From Candidatus Saccharimonadota bacterium (GTDB taxonomy: Bacteria > Patescibacteriota > Saccharimonadia > Saccharimonadales > UBA4665), in the NCBI GenBank assembly GCA_003516025.1, contig CP023991.1, forward strand, positions 30,001 through 62,000: DNA of 32,000 nucleotides. The letters are read 5' to 3'. A model generated the notes under the pieces. It made no database searches and had not been told where the DNA came from. It worked only from the letters and a program-made list of their open reading frames with translations. A program made the position numbers and the translations under genes. Shown in pieces: positions 16,170-24,953 of this stretch; positions within the stretch are counted from its first letter, which is position 1, and every line of letters starts with the position of its first letter.

Positions 16170-16175
16170 CGTAAA

Positions 16176-16523
16176 ATGATCGCACGTCGACATCGGTTCC
16201 ATGGTCTTACCGCTCTCCGGTTTGTCTATGGACGCGGCCAAACGGTTCGCAGTACGCATATCGCCATTAAATACCTGGTTAATCCGCGCCGCCACAGTTA
16301 CCGCGCCGCCGTTGTCGTCAGCCGTAAGACCAGTAAGTCAGCGGTAGTACGTAACCGGATCCGGCGCCGTGTTTACGAAGTAATCCGCGGTCTTGAGCCG
16401 GACATAGCACAGCCGTACGATATTGTAGTCACCGTGTTTAGCGACCAGGTCGCCAGTTTAGCGGCCGAAGATCTGCGCCAGGGCCTTCAGGACCAGTTCA
16501 TGAAGGCCGGTATTATCAATTAA
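16176..16523 (+). CDS. rnpA: ribonuclease P protein component
   Basis: A small basic protein (115 aa) with the RNR-type motif AVVRNRIRRRVYEVIR, in the canonical position between rpmH and yidC. Confidence 0.9.
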   Translation: MIARRHRFHGLTALRFVYGRGQTVRSTHIAIKYLVNPRRHSYRAAVVVSRKTSKSAVVRNRIRRRVYEVIRGLEPDIAQPYDIVVTVFSDQVASLAAEDLRQGLQDQFMKAGIIN

Positions 16524-16559
16524 TCAACAAAGCCAATAATGATATAGTAGAGCAATAGT

Positions 16560-17570
16560 ATGTTTACGACACTGATAGTCCAACCAATTTTTAACTTGCT
16601 GGTTCTCATTTATGCCCTTATCCCCGGCCATAACTTCGGTCTGGCCATCATCCTGTTTACGATTGTCGTCCGACTGTGCCTGTGGCCGCTCGTTAAACGG
16701 CAGCTGCATCAGACAAAGATGATGCGCCGGATTCAGCCAGAACTGCGCCGGATTGCCAAAGAAACAAAAGGTGACCGCCAGCGGCAGGCCCTGCTGCAAA
16801 TGGAGCTCTACAAGGAAAAAGGTATCAACCCGTTCCGCTCATTCGGCGTGGTACTGCTGCAGTTCCCTATCTTAATAGGTTTGTATATTGGCCTGCAGAA
16901 AGTCATTAAAGATCCGCATCAGATAGTTGATTTCGCCTATCCGGCACTGCAAAACCTGTCGTGGATGAAAGAGCTGGGGGCTAATATTGATAAATTTGAC
17001 ACCTCCCTGTTCGGACTTGTCGACTTGCACCGGGCGGCAGTAGGCCCGCTCGGCCTGTACATCCCAGCGTTACTGATTGTTATCGCCAGCGTGGTCGTCC
17101 AGTATTTGCAAGCCCGGCAGCTCATGCCGCAAGATAAAGAATCCCGTGGCCTCCGAGCCATATTAAAGGATGCCGGTAAGGGCGAGCAGGCCGACCAGCA
17201 AGAGGTTAACGCCGCTGTTTCCCGTATGACGATTTTCTTCCTGCCGGCCCTTATCTTTGTGTTTACCGTCAGTCTGGCATCGGCGCTCAGCCTGTATTGG
17301 TTTGTCGGCGGATTAGTAGCCTACATCCAGCAGTCGATCGTACTGCGCGAGGACCAGACCGAGATGGCCGAACTCTCCCAGCCTGCCGGTGCCGCGTCCA
17401 AATCGTCCGGTAAGCACGTCTCGCAACCGTCAAAGATTAGTATTAATAATATTCCCGAAGCTGAAGTCGTCGATACGGCGGCAAACGACGCGAAAAATAC
17501 CAATAACTCGACAAATGGGCAAAAATCCTCTAAAAAGAAAGGCAGTAAACCCAAAAAGAGGAGGAAGTAA
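16560..17570 (+). CDS. yidC: membrane protein insertase YidC (short, monoderm-type, polybasic C-tail)
   Basis: GLAIILFTIVVRLCLWPLVKRQLHQTKMMRRIQPELRRI...MELYKEKGINPF is the YidC/Oxa1 core. There is no large periplasmic P1 domain. The C-terminus is Lys-rich (KSSKKKGSKPKKRRK). Confidence 0.93.
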   Translation: MFTTLIVQPIFNLLVLIYALIPGHNFGLAIILFTIVVRLCLWPLVKRQLHQTKMMRRIQPELRRIAKETKGDRQRQALLQMELYKEKGINPFRSFGVVLLQFPILIGLYIGLQKVIKDPHQIVDFAYPALQNLSWMKELGANIDKFDTSLFGLVDLHRAAVGPLGLYIPALLIVIASVVVQYLQARQLMPQDKESRGLRAILKDAGKGEQADQQEVNAAVSRMTIFFLPALIFVFTVSLASALSLYWFVGGLVAYIQQSIVLREDQTEMAELSQPAGAASKSSGKHVSQPSKISINNIPEAEVVDTAANDAKNTNNSTNGQKSSKKKGSKPKKRRK

Positions 17571-18046
17571 TGCTGGCTAATCATGATGACATTGAAGAAG
17601 CGATTCAGTACGCGAAAAAGTATCTTGAAGACACACTCTCCTTCTTTGGGGTCAACCTGGATATCCATGCCACCACAGAAGACGGCGAGGTCATCGAACT
17701 CGACATTCCCTCGACTCACTTGAACGGCTTTTTGATCGGCCAGCACGGCGATACTATGCGGGCACTGCAGTTTATTGTTTCTAATGCCCTCAAGAACAAT
17801 GATTACCGCTACACACGGGTTAACGTAGATGTTGCCGAGTATAAGAAGCAGCGGGCTGACCGCCTGAGCGAAACAGCCGAAGAGTGGGTGAAGCAGGTGG
17901 TTGAAAGCGGCAAGTCAATGGATCTGCGGCCTATGAACGCTGCTGACCGCCGGACGGTACATAAAGTGGCGGCTGATGCCGGCCTGGTGAGCGAATCGCT
18001 TGGTGAAGGCCGTGAACGGCACATCGTGTTAAAACCGGCAGAGTAA
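17570..18046 (+). CDS. jag: Jag/KhpB-type RNA-binding protein (KH + R3H domains)
   Basis: Its ATG overlaps the yidC stop (TAATG). The C-terminal R3H-like region is PMNAADRRTVHKVAADAGLVSESLGEGRERHIVLKP. The yidC-jag pairing is canonical. Confidence 0.85.
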   Translation: MLANHDDIEEAIQYAKKYLEDTLSFFGVNLDIHATTEDGEVIELDIPSTHLNGFLIGQHGDTMRALQFIVSNALKNNDYRYTRVNVDVAEYKKQRADRLSETAEEWVKQVVESGKSMDLRPMNAADRRTVHKVAADAGLVSESLGEGRERHIVLKPAE

Positions 18047-18056
18047 TCCCCGCAAG

Positions 18057-18070
18057 TGTTCGTATTTTGT
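18057..18070 (+). repeat. 14-nt intergenic repeat TGTTCGTATTTTGT, copy 2
   Basis: Exact match to 16128-16141. It lies in the 28-nt convergent spacer between jag and the GT4 gene. Confidence 0.6.
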
Positions 18071-18074
18071 ATAT

Positions 18075-19181
18075 TTAAGACTCGTTGAGGACTTGCTTGT
18101 AAACCGATACTGTTTGTTCGGCCATACGTTGCCAGGAGTATGTTGCAACGCGCGCCCTTCCCTTTTCAACCAGTGCCTGGCGTAACTGGGGGCTGTCCAG
18201 GACATCAGAGACTGTGCCGGCCATATCAGCGGCACTGAGCGGATCGAAGTAGCGGGCGGCTTCTCCATAAACCTCGGGAAGACAGGTAGCGTTACTGCTC
18301 ACAACCGGCGCGCCGTGGCGCATAGCCTCGAGACCCGGCAAGCCAAAGCCTTCGCTGAGGCTGGGGAAGACGTAGGCCTGGCAGTTTTCGTACAGCCAGC
18401 GCAGCTGGCCGTCGCTGATGAAACCGGTAAAAACGACGCCGTCGATACCTTTTTGTTGCACGGATTGCTCGTGTGCCTGGTAGAGAGCGTCTTTCTTGCC
18501 CGCGAGAACCAGTTTAAGGTTCCGATGTGTCGTTTGAAGCGTTTGGAAAGCCTCGATAAGCCGACTGAGATTTTTATGGGGCGTCGGCCGGCCGATGTAC
18601 ATGATAAACGGCTGGCCCTCGAGGTCTGGCAGTACCTGGGGCGTATCAGTGATGACGTCGGCTGATTCGTAGGTGACGGTTATCTTGTCGGCCGATACGC
18701 CGGTGTAGGCTTGAACATCATTTTTGACGAACTGAGTTGGTGTTATAATTACATCAGATTTATGAGCAACAGATCGGTTTACCCACTTGTAGACCTGTTG
18801 TTTTATTGTAAAAACAACAGCGTTTTTACTAGGGTTCCGAAAGCGAATAGTCGTCAGGTCATGCATAGTCGTAACGGTTTTGCCGCGGTATCTGACAGGC
18901 TGCTGCACCATGCCGAAATGTACTAAGTCCGCGCCCAGCGTGTTGAGCTGCTTGAGGTAGCCAATTTGTTCGTCAAAACTGAATTCCTTATGCGGACAGG
19001 CGAGCGCATGGAAGTTCGGGTTGGTCGGCTGCCAGCCGTCCATGTCTTTCGGGTAGAGGAGGATGGTGTATCGGTGTTCGGTATCGATCTGCTGTAGATA
19101 GTGAATTAACCGCTCAATATAGCGCCCGGTGCTGGTACGGAGCTCGCGGGCGTCGATAACGATATGTTTTTGTTCGCTCAT
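18075..19181 (-). CDS. glycosyltransferase family 4 (GT-B)
   Basis: EGFGLPGLEAMRHGAPVVSSNATCLPEVYGEAARYFDP is the GT4 C-terminal signature. I prefer the start at 19181 (MSEQKHIVIDAREL), which forms an ATGA overlap with the upstream stop (19178-19181). The track start at 19211 adds 10 aa. Confidence 0.85.
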   Translation of the reverse strand: MSEQKHIVIDARELRTSTGRYIERLIHYLQQIDTEHRYTILLYPKDMDGWQPTNPNFHALACPHKEFSFDEQIGYLKQLNTLGADLVHFGMVQQPVRYRGKTVTTMHDLTTIRFRNPSKNAVVFTIKQQVYKWVNRSVAHKSDVIITPTQFVKNDVQAYTGVSADKITVTYESADVITDTPQVLPDLEGQPFIMYIGRPTPHKNLSRLIEAFQTLQTTHRNLKLVLAGKKDALYQAHEQSVQQKGIDGVVFTGFISDGQLRWLYENCQAYVFPSLSEGFGLPGLEAMRHGAPVVSSNATCLPEVYGEAARYFDPLSAADMAGTVSDVLDSPQLRQALVEKGRARVATYSWQRMAEQTVSVYKQVLNES

Positions 19182-20218
19182 GAAATTGCCTTTCCAGTTA
19201 CCTTCCACCACGCAGCCCGTAGTTTTCGTAAATTATGGGCATTCGGCGGCAAGTCATGGGTCATCATAGACCATATGTAGCCGCTGGTGACTGTACGGCT
19301 CTTTTGGATGTGGTGCCGCTCCGACAGTTTCTTAGGAGTGAGCCACATGACTTTAACCAAGGCCCTTAGGGCGTACCAGGCATGCCCACGCGACACCGCG
19401 CGGCCAATAAAAAGTAGGTGCGCCAGCGTAAAGCGTACCAGGACCCTGGGCAGCAGGCGGGCAGGCACATTTTTAATGAGTAACCAGGGAAGATTTTTGA
19501 TGGTCTGTTCGCTGAAAAACCCCTTGATGCGCTTCCCTGTAACGCTCATCTCGTGGTAGACAACTGACGCGGGTACATAGGCGACTTTCCAGCCGGCCAA
19601 TTGGGCCCGGAAGCTGAGATCGACATCCTCGTAGTAGGCAAAGAAATCTTCGTCGAACAGGCCGATTTCCTGTAGCATACTGACGCGGTAGAGGCTGGCG
19701 CCGCCGCTGGCACCGAAGATATCAGTCTGGGCATCGTACTTGTCTGTGTCGGTTTCGCCGCGGCCACGGGGGTATGGCAGGCCCCAGTTGGTGTAGTAGT
19801 CACCGGTGCTGTCGATATGGTCGCCATTGGCGCCGAGAAGCTTGCAGGTTACGATTCCGGCTTTGTGATGTTCGTCGGCGTAGCGGACGAGATTTCGCAA
19901 CCAATCTTTGTCGGCGATGGCATCGTTATTGAACGGGGCGGCATACGCAGCCTGTAGCTCAATTGCCCGTTTGAAGCCAGGATTTACGCCGCCGGCGTAC
20001 CCCTCGTTTTTAGCGTTCTGAATAATTTCTACATCCGGAAACTGCTTACGCACCAGTGCAACCGAACTATCGGCTGACCCGTTATCGACCATGATGATAT
20101 GCGCCTTGAGCGTCTGAGCTTCCAAAGAGGCGATACACTTCGCCAACCCATCTGCGCCGTTCCAGTTAGGAATAACTACAACAACATTAACTTTATTAGC
20201 ATCGACGTCTGTGTCCAT
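19178..20218 (-). CDS. glycosyltransferase family 2 (rhamnosyltransferase-like)
   Basis: VVVVIPNWNGADGLAKCIASLEAQTLKAHIIMVDNGSADSS...NEGYAGGVN...YEDVDLSFR is the typical GT2 (GT-A) motif set. Confidence 0.85.
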   Translation of the reverse strand: MDTDVDANKVNVVVVIPNWNGADGLAKCIASLEAQTLKAHIIMVDNGSADSSVALVRKQFPDVEIIQNAKNEGYAGGVNPGFKRAIELQAAYAAPFNNDAIADKDWLRNLVRYADEHHKAGIVTCKLLGANGDHIDSTGDYYTNWGLPYPRGRGETDTDKYDAQTDIFGASGGASLYRVSMLQEIGLFDEDFFAYYEDVDLSFRAQLAGWKVAYVPASVVYHEMSVTGKRIKGFFSEQTIKNLPWLLIKNVPARLLPRVLVRFTLAHLLFIGRAVSRGHAWYALRALVKVMWLTPKKLSERHHIQKSRTVTSGYIWSMMTHDLPPNAHNLRKLRAAWWKVTGKAIS

Positions 20219-20230
20219 TTCTACTATAAT
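20202..20230 (+). promoter_or_regulatory. candidate promoter TCGACG-N17-TATAAT for the ABC exporter genes, embedded in the divergent GT2 gene start
   Basis: TCGACG at 20202-20207, a perfect TATAAT at 20225-20230, and the permease ATG at 20241 (10 nt downstream, no SD). Confidence 0.35.
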
Positions 20231-20240
20231 ACCTCAAAAG

Positions 20241-21041
20241 ATGAGGCAATATTTCTCGAAACAAAACAGAACGCTGCTGAGCGAGCTGGTCCGGACGGAT
20301 TTTAAGCTGCGCTATCAGGGGTCAGTGCTGGGGTATGCCTGGTCGCTGCTGCGCCCTTTGCTACTATTTGTCATCCTGTACGTGGTCTTTGTTAAGTTTT
20401 TGAAAATCGGAAGCGATATACAGCATTATCCGGTATATCTGTTGCTCGGTATTGTTGTCTGGAACTTTTTTAACGAAATGACGGTGCAGAGTCTCGGATC
20501 GATAGTTGGCCGAGGAGACTTGATAAGGAAGATTCGGATTCCCCGCTGGCTTATTATCGTCAGTACGAGTATTTCGGCTTTGATCAACCTGGGGCTTAAC
20601 CTTGTTGTTGTGGCATTCTTCATGATTATTAACCATGTTGATGTATATAGAACGTTGTTGTTCGTTCCGTTTCTGCTTCTCGAGGTGTACCTGTTTGCTC
20701 TCGGGGTTTCCCTGTTCCTATCTGCATTTTTCGTAAAATTCCGTGATATTGGCTACATATGGGAAGTGGTTCTGCAGGCTGGTTTTTATCTGACGCCGAT
20801 ACTGTACCCACTTTCAATGATTACAAGCGAAACGTTACAGAAGCTTATACTTATTAACCCTGTCGCTCAAGCAATCCAGGATATTCGCTATAGCGCAGTC
20901 ACCCATCAGACACTTACGATACACAATGTATTTGATGGTGGTTGGTACGTGCTCATACCGTTTGTTATTGTCATAGCTCTATTAATAGGTGGGATTACCT
21001 ACTTTAAATCCCAGGCTGACAGTTTTGCGGAGAACATATAA
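20241..21041 (+). CDS. wzm: ABC-2 type polysaccharide/teichoic-acid export permease (Wzm/TagG family)
   Basis: LVRTDFKLRYQGSVLGYAWSLLRPLLLFVILYVVF is the ABC-2 N-terminal signature, followed by about 6 TM segments. I prefer the ATG at 20241 over the GTG at 20211, which would overlap the divergent GT2 start codon. Confidence 0.85.
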   Translation: MRQYFSKQNRTLLSELVRTDFKLRYQGSVLGYAWSLLRPLLLFVILYVVFVKFLKIGSDIQHYPVYLLLGIVVWNFFNEMTVQSLGSIVGRGDLIRKIRIPRWLIIVSTSISALINLGLNLVVVAFFMIINHVDVYRTLLFVPFLLLEVYLFALGVSLFLSAFFVKFRDIGYIWEVVLQAGFYLTPILYPLSMITSETLQKLILINPVAQAIQDIRYSAVTHQTLTIHNVFDGGWYVLIPFVIVIALLIGGITYFKSQADSFAENI

Positions 21042-21042
21042 A

Positions 21043-22221
21043 ATGGCCGATGATATAGCAATAAAAGTAGATAATGTCAGTAAGACGTTTAAACTGCCTC
21101 ATGAAAAACAAAGCTCTTTAAAAGGGGTGTTGATCAGCCGGGTCAGGGGTGGTAACCGCTCGTATGAAAGCCAGGAAGTGCTACGGAATGTTTCTTTTGA
21201 AATCAAAAAAGGCGAATTTTTTGCCATAGTCGGTAGGAACGGCTCCGGTAAAAGCACGCTACTTAAGATGCTGGCTGGCATCTACAACCCCACAAAGGGA
21301 AGCATACAGGTAGAGGGCAAACTGACGCCTTTTATTGAGCTGGGCGTCGGGTTTAATCCTGAATTAACCGGTAGGGAGAACGTCTTCTTAAATGGCGCGC
21401 TCCTAGGATTCAGCCGTAAGGAAATGGAAGGGATGTACGATAACATCGTCTCTTTTGCCGAACTTGGAAGGTTTATGGACCAGAAACTGAAAAATTATTC
21501 TTCTGGCATGCAGGTTCGCCTGGCATTCTCAATTGCGATCCGGGCAAACTCGGACATATTGCTTCTCGACGAAGTCTTGGCAGTCGGTGATGCCGCCTTC
21601 CAGCAAAAATGTTACAACTACTTCGAAGAACTTAAAGCTCGTAATCAGACGGTAGTTTTTGTCTCCCATGACATGGGTGCTGTAACACGATTTTGTACGC
21701 GGGCTATCTACATTAAGAACGGTGATATGATTCTTGACGGGACACCTAATGATGTGGCTGATTTGTACCGCGAGGAAAATATAGCGACTGAACAACCTAA
21801 ACCGACCGAATCGAATCTTGATGCGGCAAAAAAACCTAGCGGCTTTAGTGTCAGTACGAAGTTGGCTAAACAAACGGACTCGAGCGTCGTAATAGAGGTA
21901 GGTTATAAATCCAGGCAGGATGAAACGTTTGTGGGCATATCGCTGATACGAGATGGTAAAACGTTCGCTGAAATTGTCACCAATCCTGAGTATGCATTAG
22001 TGGGGTCAGGAAATTTGCATTACACCGTAGATACCAGCTTATATAACAGTGGTGTATATGAAGTTACCGCAGCACTGTTCCGTCGCAAGAACCGGGAGCT
22101 ACTGGCATTTACTAAACGGGGAAGCGAGTTCGTCATTAAGGGTAGCGACCCGATGCGGGGAGCGGCTGTCAAATTAGCCGATACGTGGAAATACGATAAA
22201 GCTAATACGATAAAGCCATGA
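21043..22221 (+). CDS. wzt: polysaccharide export ABC ATPase (Wzt/TagH family) with a C-terminal beta-sandwich (Wzt_C-like) domain
   Basis: Start MADDIAIKVDNVSKTF. Walker A is GRNGSGKSTLL, the signature is YSSGMQVRLAFS and Walker B is ILLLDEVLAVGD. A ~150-aa beta-rich tail (VVIEVGYKSRQDETFVGISLIRDG...GVYEVTAALF) resembles the glycan-cap-binding domain of Wzt. Confidence 0.88.
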   Translation: MADDIAIKVDNVSKTFKLPHEKQSSLKGVLISRVRGGNRSYESQEVLRNVSFEIKKGEFFAIVGRNGSGKSTLLKMLAGIYNPTKGSIQVEGKLTPFIELGVGFNPELTGRENVFLNGALLGFSRKEMEGMYDNIVSFAELGRFMDQKLKNYSSGMQVRLAFSIAIRANSDILLLDEVLAVGDAAFQQKCYNYFEELKARNQTVVFVSHDMGAVTRFCTRAIYIKNGDMILDGTPNDVADLYREENIATEQPKPTESNLDAAKKPSGFSVSTKLAKQTDSSVVIEVGYKSRQDETFVGISLIRDGKTFAEIVTNPEYALVGSGNLHYTVDTSLYNSGVYEVTAALFRRKNRELLAFTKRGSEFVIKGSDPMRGAAVKLADTWKYDKANTIKP

Positions 22222-23303
22222 GTCAGAGAATTAACGTTACTAAAGCGTTTTTGCCACCTATAGCCGAGTTTAATGAGCGGGTTGCTCAAATATGGGAAAA
22301 TGACCAGTTAACGAACCAAGGTCCGTTGGTGCTTGAGTTAGAACGGGAACTGAAAAAGTATCTAGGGGTAGAGAATTTCCATTTTGTAAGCAACGGTACG
22401 ACCGCCCTGCAGCTGGCGCTGCGCGCGCTCGATATAACAGACGGCGAGATAATAACCACGCCGTTTAGCTATGTGGCTACTACTTCTTCAATCCTTTGGG
22501 AACATTGCGAACCGGTATATGTCGACATAGATCCTGATACGCTGTGTATTGATTCAGCACAAATAGAAGCCACCATTACGCCGCGTACCAAGGCTATCAT
22601 GCCAGTGCATGTGTTTGGCAACCCCTGCGACGTCGAAAAGATTGATGCCATAGCTAAAAAGCACAACCTCAAAGTTATTTACGATGCAGCACATGCTTTT
22701 GGCGCTACGCATAAAGGTAAGTCGCTGTATGAGTACGGTGACATAGCAATCGGTAGTTTTCATGCCACTAAACTTTTCCACACCATCGAGGGCGGTTGCA
22801 TGATTGCAAAAGATAAAGCAGTAAGTGAGAAGATTGAGCTCCTAAAGCGATTTGGCCATAACGGTGACGAGCACATCATGCTCGGCATTAACGCTAAAGC
22901 CAGTGAATTCCAGGCCGCCATGGGTCTGTGTAATCTAAAGTATATCGATGCTATTATTGCCGAGCGTGAGCAGATCACTGCTTGGTATGACGAAATGCTT
23001 CCGAGAACCCTGCGCACACCAAACAAGCAGCCGCAAACAACCAGCAACTATGCATACTATCCCGTCATATGCACAAACAATGCTCAACTTATGAAAGTTA
23101 TGAATGCATTGCAAGCTCAAGACATATTTCCACGCCGATATTTTTACCCATCATTGAATTTGCTTCCGTATTTGCAGTCGAGGCAACGTTGCCCTCATTC
23201 AGAAAAAGTAGCTGAGTCAATAATGTGTCTTCCTCTCTATTCCGGGTTAGATAAGGCAACTGTAGTACGTATATGCAAAATCATCCAAAAGGAAATTGCA
23301 TGA
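22218..23303 (+). CDS. DegT/DnrJ/EryC1/StrS-family nucleotide-sugar aminotransferase (PLP-dependent)
   Basis: NGTTALQLALRAL, MPVHVFGNPCD and SFHATKLF (PLP lysine) are present. ATGA overlap with the wzt stop at 22218-22221. Confidence 0.9.
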   Translation: MSQRINVTKAFLPPIAEFNERVAQIWENDQLTNQGPLVLELERELKKYLGVENFHFVSNGTTALQLALRALDITDGEIITTPFSYVATTSSILWEHCEPVYVDIDPDTLCIDSAQIEATITPRTKAIMPVHVFGNPCDVEKIDAIAKKHNLKVIYDAAHAFGATHKGKSLYEYGDIAIGSFHATKLFHTIEGGCMIAKDKAVSEKIELLKRFGHNGDEHIMLGINAKASEFQAAMGLCNLKYIDAIIAEREQITAWYDEMLPRTLRTPNKQPQTTSNYAYYPVICTNNAQLMKVMNALQAQDIFPRRYFYPSLNLLPYLQSRQRCPHSEKVAESIMCLPLYSGLDKATVVRICKIIQKEIA

Positions 23304-24013
23304 AAAAAATCGGTATCATGCAGCCTTACTTCTTCCCGTATATAGGCTACTTCAGCCTTATTAAAGCAACGGACGAGTTCATACTGTTTGATACGGTGCA
23401 ATTCATACGTCATGGCTGGATAGAGCGGAACAGGGTCTTGAAATATCCAGACAGCTGGCTGTATGTAAAAGTTCCATTAGCTCCCCATGACCGTGAAATA
23501 ACGATCATGGATATAAAGGTAGATAATAGTCAGCCATGGCAAGACAAGATGTTTGCACAGCTCCAGCCATACAAAAAAAGCGCGCCCTACTATCATCAAG
23601 TAGTCGCATTGGTCAAAACAGTATTTGAGAAAGATTATGATGACATTGTCAGCCTCAACCAGGCGTGCCTAAAAGCAGTATGCCTGTATCTAGGCATAGA
23701 ACGGGAACTACCGATTTTTTCCAAGATGGGCTTGGAAATTGAGGCGGCACATGAACCTGACGAGTGGGCGCTTAATATATGTAAGGCGATAGAAGGTGTC
23801 GACGAATATTGGAATCCACCTGGCGGTATGGAATTCTTTAACCGTGCAAAGTATGCCAATGCCGGTATTACGTTGCAATTTCAAAAACCTAATCTGCATG
23901 CCTATGACCAACGGCGTCAACCATTTGAGCCTGGCCTTTCAATCATAGATGTCATGATGTTTAATGACGTTGAAACAATAAATACCATGCTGGACGATTA
24001 TGAACTCCTCTAG
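23300..24013 (+). CDS. WbqC-like family protein (glycan modification, biochemical function unknown)
   Basis: MKKIGIMQPYFFPYIGYFSLIKATDEFILFDTVQFIRHGWIERNRV is the characteristic WbqC-family opening. The preferred start at 23300 forms an ATGA overlap with the upstream stop. Confidence 0.75.
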   Translation: MKKIGIMQPYFFPYIGYFSLIKATDEFILFDTVQFIRHGWIERNRVLKYPDSWLYVKVPLAPHDREITIMDIKVDNSQPWQDKMFAQLQPYKKSAPYYHQVVALVKTVFEKDYDDIVSLNQACLKAVCLYLGIERELPIFSKMGLEIEAAHEPDEWALNICKAIEGVDEYWNPPGGMEFFNRAKYANAGITLQFQKPNLHAYDQRRQPFEPGLSIIDVMMFNDVETINTMLDDYELL

Positions 24014-24953
24014 TCCCGTAGGCGGTTATCTTGAGCTTGAGCTCGGTAGTTTTGCCAATCGGTTTGATGACGGCGTGTTGCTTAATAGTGCACGCAGTGC
24101 TTTTGAATATATATTGCAGGCCCGGCGAACTCAGAAGATATATATATCTAAATTTACCTGTGATGTCATGCTTGAGCCGCTCGCAAGATTAAATATTCCG
24201 TACGAATTTTATGCGTTAAACAACGCCTTAGAAATTGAAACACCGATAAATCTTCATGATGATGAGCTGCTGGTATACGTCAATTATTTTGGCGTAAAAG
24301 ACCAATATGCAGTGCAGCTTGCTGAACAGTATGGCAGGGGGCTGGTCATTGATGCCAGCCAAGCGCTGTTTTTTGACCATGATGTAAATGCACATACCAT
24401 TTACAGCCCGCGAAAGTTCATCGGTATGCCGGATGGAGGGATAGTCTATACGGACGTTACTCTAAAGGGCGGTCTAGAAACCGACGTATCTTATCAAAGA
24501 GCCTCGCATTTGTTAAAAAGAATCGATATCGGCCCGCAAGCTGCTTACGCGGATTTTAAGGAAAACGACGGTCAGTTAAGCGGGCAGCCGCTTAAAAATA
24601 TGTCGCAGTTGAGCCGACGTTTGCTTCAGGGCGTTGACCTGGAAAAAGTCAGATTAACACGGCAAGCAAACTTCGCCGTCTTACATGAAAAACTGCAGTC
24701 ATCCAATAAACTGCAGTTTGATGGTGTGGTCAGAGGTCCGATGGTATATCCGTATCAAACTGACGACGATACGTTAAGAAAACGTCTTATAGAACAAAAT
24801 ATATTCGTAGCTACATATTGGCCCAATGTTTTTGAGTGGTGTAGCCCCGATGAGCCAGAGTATGGACTTGCTCAGAGTATCTTGCCGCTACCCATAGACC
24901 AACGCTACGGGATTGAACATATGAATCGCATTTTAGAGGTTATACATGGCTGA
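24000..24953 (+). CDS. DegT-like / PLP-dependent-transferase-fold protein, divergent
   Basis: The opening GGYLELELGS...NSARSAFEYIL and its size (317 aa) resemble the truncated aminotransferase-like proteins commonly encoded next to WbqC genes. I could not place a clear PLP lysine by eye. It overlaps the upstream gene by 14 nt. Confidence 0.45.
   Translation: MNSSSPVGGYLELELGSFANRFDDGVLLNSARSAFEYILQARRTQKIYISKFTCDVMLEPLARLNIPYEFYALNNALEIETPINLHDDELLVYVNYFGVKDQYAVQLAEQYGRGLVIDASQALFFDHDVNAHTIYSPRKFIGMPDGGIVYTDVTLKGGLETDVSYQRASHLLKRIDIGPQAAYADFKENDGQLSGQPLKNMSQLSRRLLQGVDLEKVRLTRQANFAVLHEKLQSSNKLQFDGVVRGPMVYPYQTDDDTLRKRLIEQNIFVATYWPNVFEWCSPDEPEYGLAQSILPLPIDQRYGIEHMNRILEVIHG

Noticed and set aside
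20211-20240. GTG start at 20211 for the ABC-2 permease
   Set aside because: It would overlap the start codon of the divergent GT2 gene (20218). The ATG at 20241 is preceded by a perfect TATAAT, and the family-typical N-terminus begins there.
20989-21042. Upstream extensions of track ORFs: 20989 for the ABC ATPase, and likewise 23273-23299 (WbqC-like) and 19182-19211 (GT4)
   Set aside because: Each extension overlaps the preceding gene. In-frame ATGs at 21043, 23300 and 19181 give family-typical N-termini and tight or ATGA junctions.
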